Source: Chrysomallon squamiferum
Lineage: Eukaryota; Animalia; Mollusca
Direction: 5' to 3'
Assembly: GCA_012295275.1 (NCBI GenBank)
Contig: CM022670.1
Coordinates: 27,280,001-27,344,000, forward strand
DNA: 64,000 bases
Positions 62,701 through 64,000 of this stretch are shown here, piece after piece. How positions within the stretch are numbered: the stretch's first letter is position 1; each line of letters begins with the position of its first letter. Under the pieces are notes generated by a model, which was given only the letters and a program-made list of their open reading frames with translations, did no database searches and was not told the DNA's origin. A program made the translations under genes and the position numbers.

Positions 62701-63180
62701 TGCTGCTGGTTCATGTGACAAGTTGTGTTCTGTCTCAGATGTAAGACTGAAATAAATTGTTACTGGGTGAATTATTTCTCTAGTGTACATAACAGTTACA
62801 GATTGGTCTCATTGATTCAGCTGTTAACATGTATGTGTAGTTTTGTGTGTGTGTGTGTGTGTGTGTGTATATAAATATATATGTATGTATGTTATGTATT
62901 GATGTGTGTATGTATGTGTATATATATGTGTGTGTATTTGTGTGTGTATGTATCATATTTCAATTTTCTTAACTGTTCTTTATGTTTTTTTAATATGTTA
63001 TAAATTCATTTCATAAATACCCACAACCTTTCCTGACTATGTAATAAATCAGTCTGTTAACATAAAATAAAATAAAACACATTTATCTGACAATATATTG
63101 TTTTTTTTGAAAGTACGAAAAGTTCTTTCAGGTAAAAAAAAAAAAAAAAACAATCATTTTCTATTCAGCTTTCATATTTC

Positions 63181-63228
<48 letters not shown>

Positions 63229-63517
63229 AAGAAATAAAAAATTTATGAATATGGTCAAAGTCTGTCAGATTTCAAAAAGGAAATCAGAAATCAGCCTCCA
63301 AAGCAGGAGACTTCCACAAAGGGCAGTCATTCATGAATAAGAGATCCATTGATAATATAGATTATTGATTGGATGACAGCAAGCAAGGTCAGTTATAGTG
63401 TGGGGCACAGTTAATGGGAAATCAGAAGACAGATTTAAATCATTCATAGGTTTGAAAATGAGAAATGGCAAAGTGGACAACAATGGTTTAAATCTGAATA
63501 AATAGAGAATTATGGGT

Positions 63518-63960
63518 ATCAGTGTAATATCCATCATTTACACTTGATGAGAGCCAAGTTAAACACCAGAATTAGTTACATATGTAATTATATACATACA
63601 TACAGCTTAATCAGTAGAGTATTACATATATCACTTCAACAGAGCCAAGTTAAACACCAGAATTAGTTACATATGTAACTATATACATACATATAGCTTA
63701 ATCAGTAGAGTATTACATATATCACTTCAACAGAGCCAAGTTAAACACCAGAATAAGTTACATATGTAATTATATACATACATATAGCTTAATAAGTAGA
63801 GTATTACATATATCACTTCAACAGAGCCAAATTAAACACCAGAATTAGTTACATATGTAATTATATACATACATATAGCTTAATTAGTAGAGTATTACAT
63901 ATATCAGTGTAATGTCCATCATTTACACTTCAACAGAGCCAAGTTAAATACCACAATTAG
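63518..63960. repeat. 91-bp tandem repeat, about 4.5 copies
   Basis: CACTT...GAGCCAAGTTAAACACCAGAATTAGTTACATATG units start at 63541, 63632, 63723 and 63814. Confidence 0.92.
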
Positions 63961-64000
63961 AGTTAGTTATATTCTAAAATACATACATACATATACACAG

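Noticed and set aside
63240-63540. Minus-strand ORF faintly like the 3' end of a LINE
   Set aside because: Too degenerate, with no reverse transcriptase or endonuclease motif; it could equally hold a plus-strand exon.

Overview
AT-rich, microsatellite-dense animal genomic DNA with GT-AG introns. It looks mollusc/lophotrochozoan-like, but the taxon is an inference. Three spliced genes can be built by hand. (1) Gene A, minus strand, ATG 10204, 11 exons, runs off the left edge: signal peptide-PAN/Apple-EGF-2xTSP1-SRCR-5+xTSP1, a cell-surface or secreted protein, possibly an ADGRB/BAI-like adhesion GPCR ectodomain. (2) Gene B, plus strand, 18751-41823, 19 coding exons, about 1093 aa: signal peptide, an LPMO-like domain with a predicted N-terminal His and copper histidine brace, 2 EGF, two DOMON domains that both keep Met/His heme-b ligand positions, SEA, one TM helix and a cytoplasmic tail. 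About 30 TAEPK[S/T] repeats and His clusters are inserted inside DOMON1. This is the main finding: a candidate membrane-tethered copper monooxygenase fused to its own cytochrome electron donors. As assembled, exon 3 has one extra base (frameshift, TGA at 27415). (3) Gene C, plus strand, about 57260-59943, a small single-pass membrane protein missed by the ORF track. The window also holds a Tc2/pogo-type MITE, degenerate SINE-like pieces and several minisatellites, including a 3.2 kb array of 40-mers with higher-order structure. Most ORFs in the supplied track are microsatellite artefacts. All domain calls come from motif recognition by eye, not from database searches.
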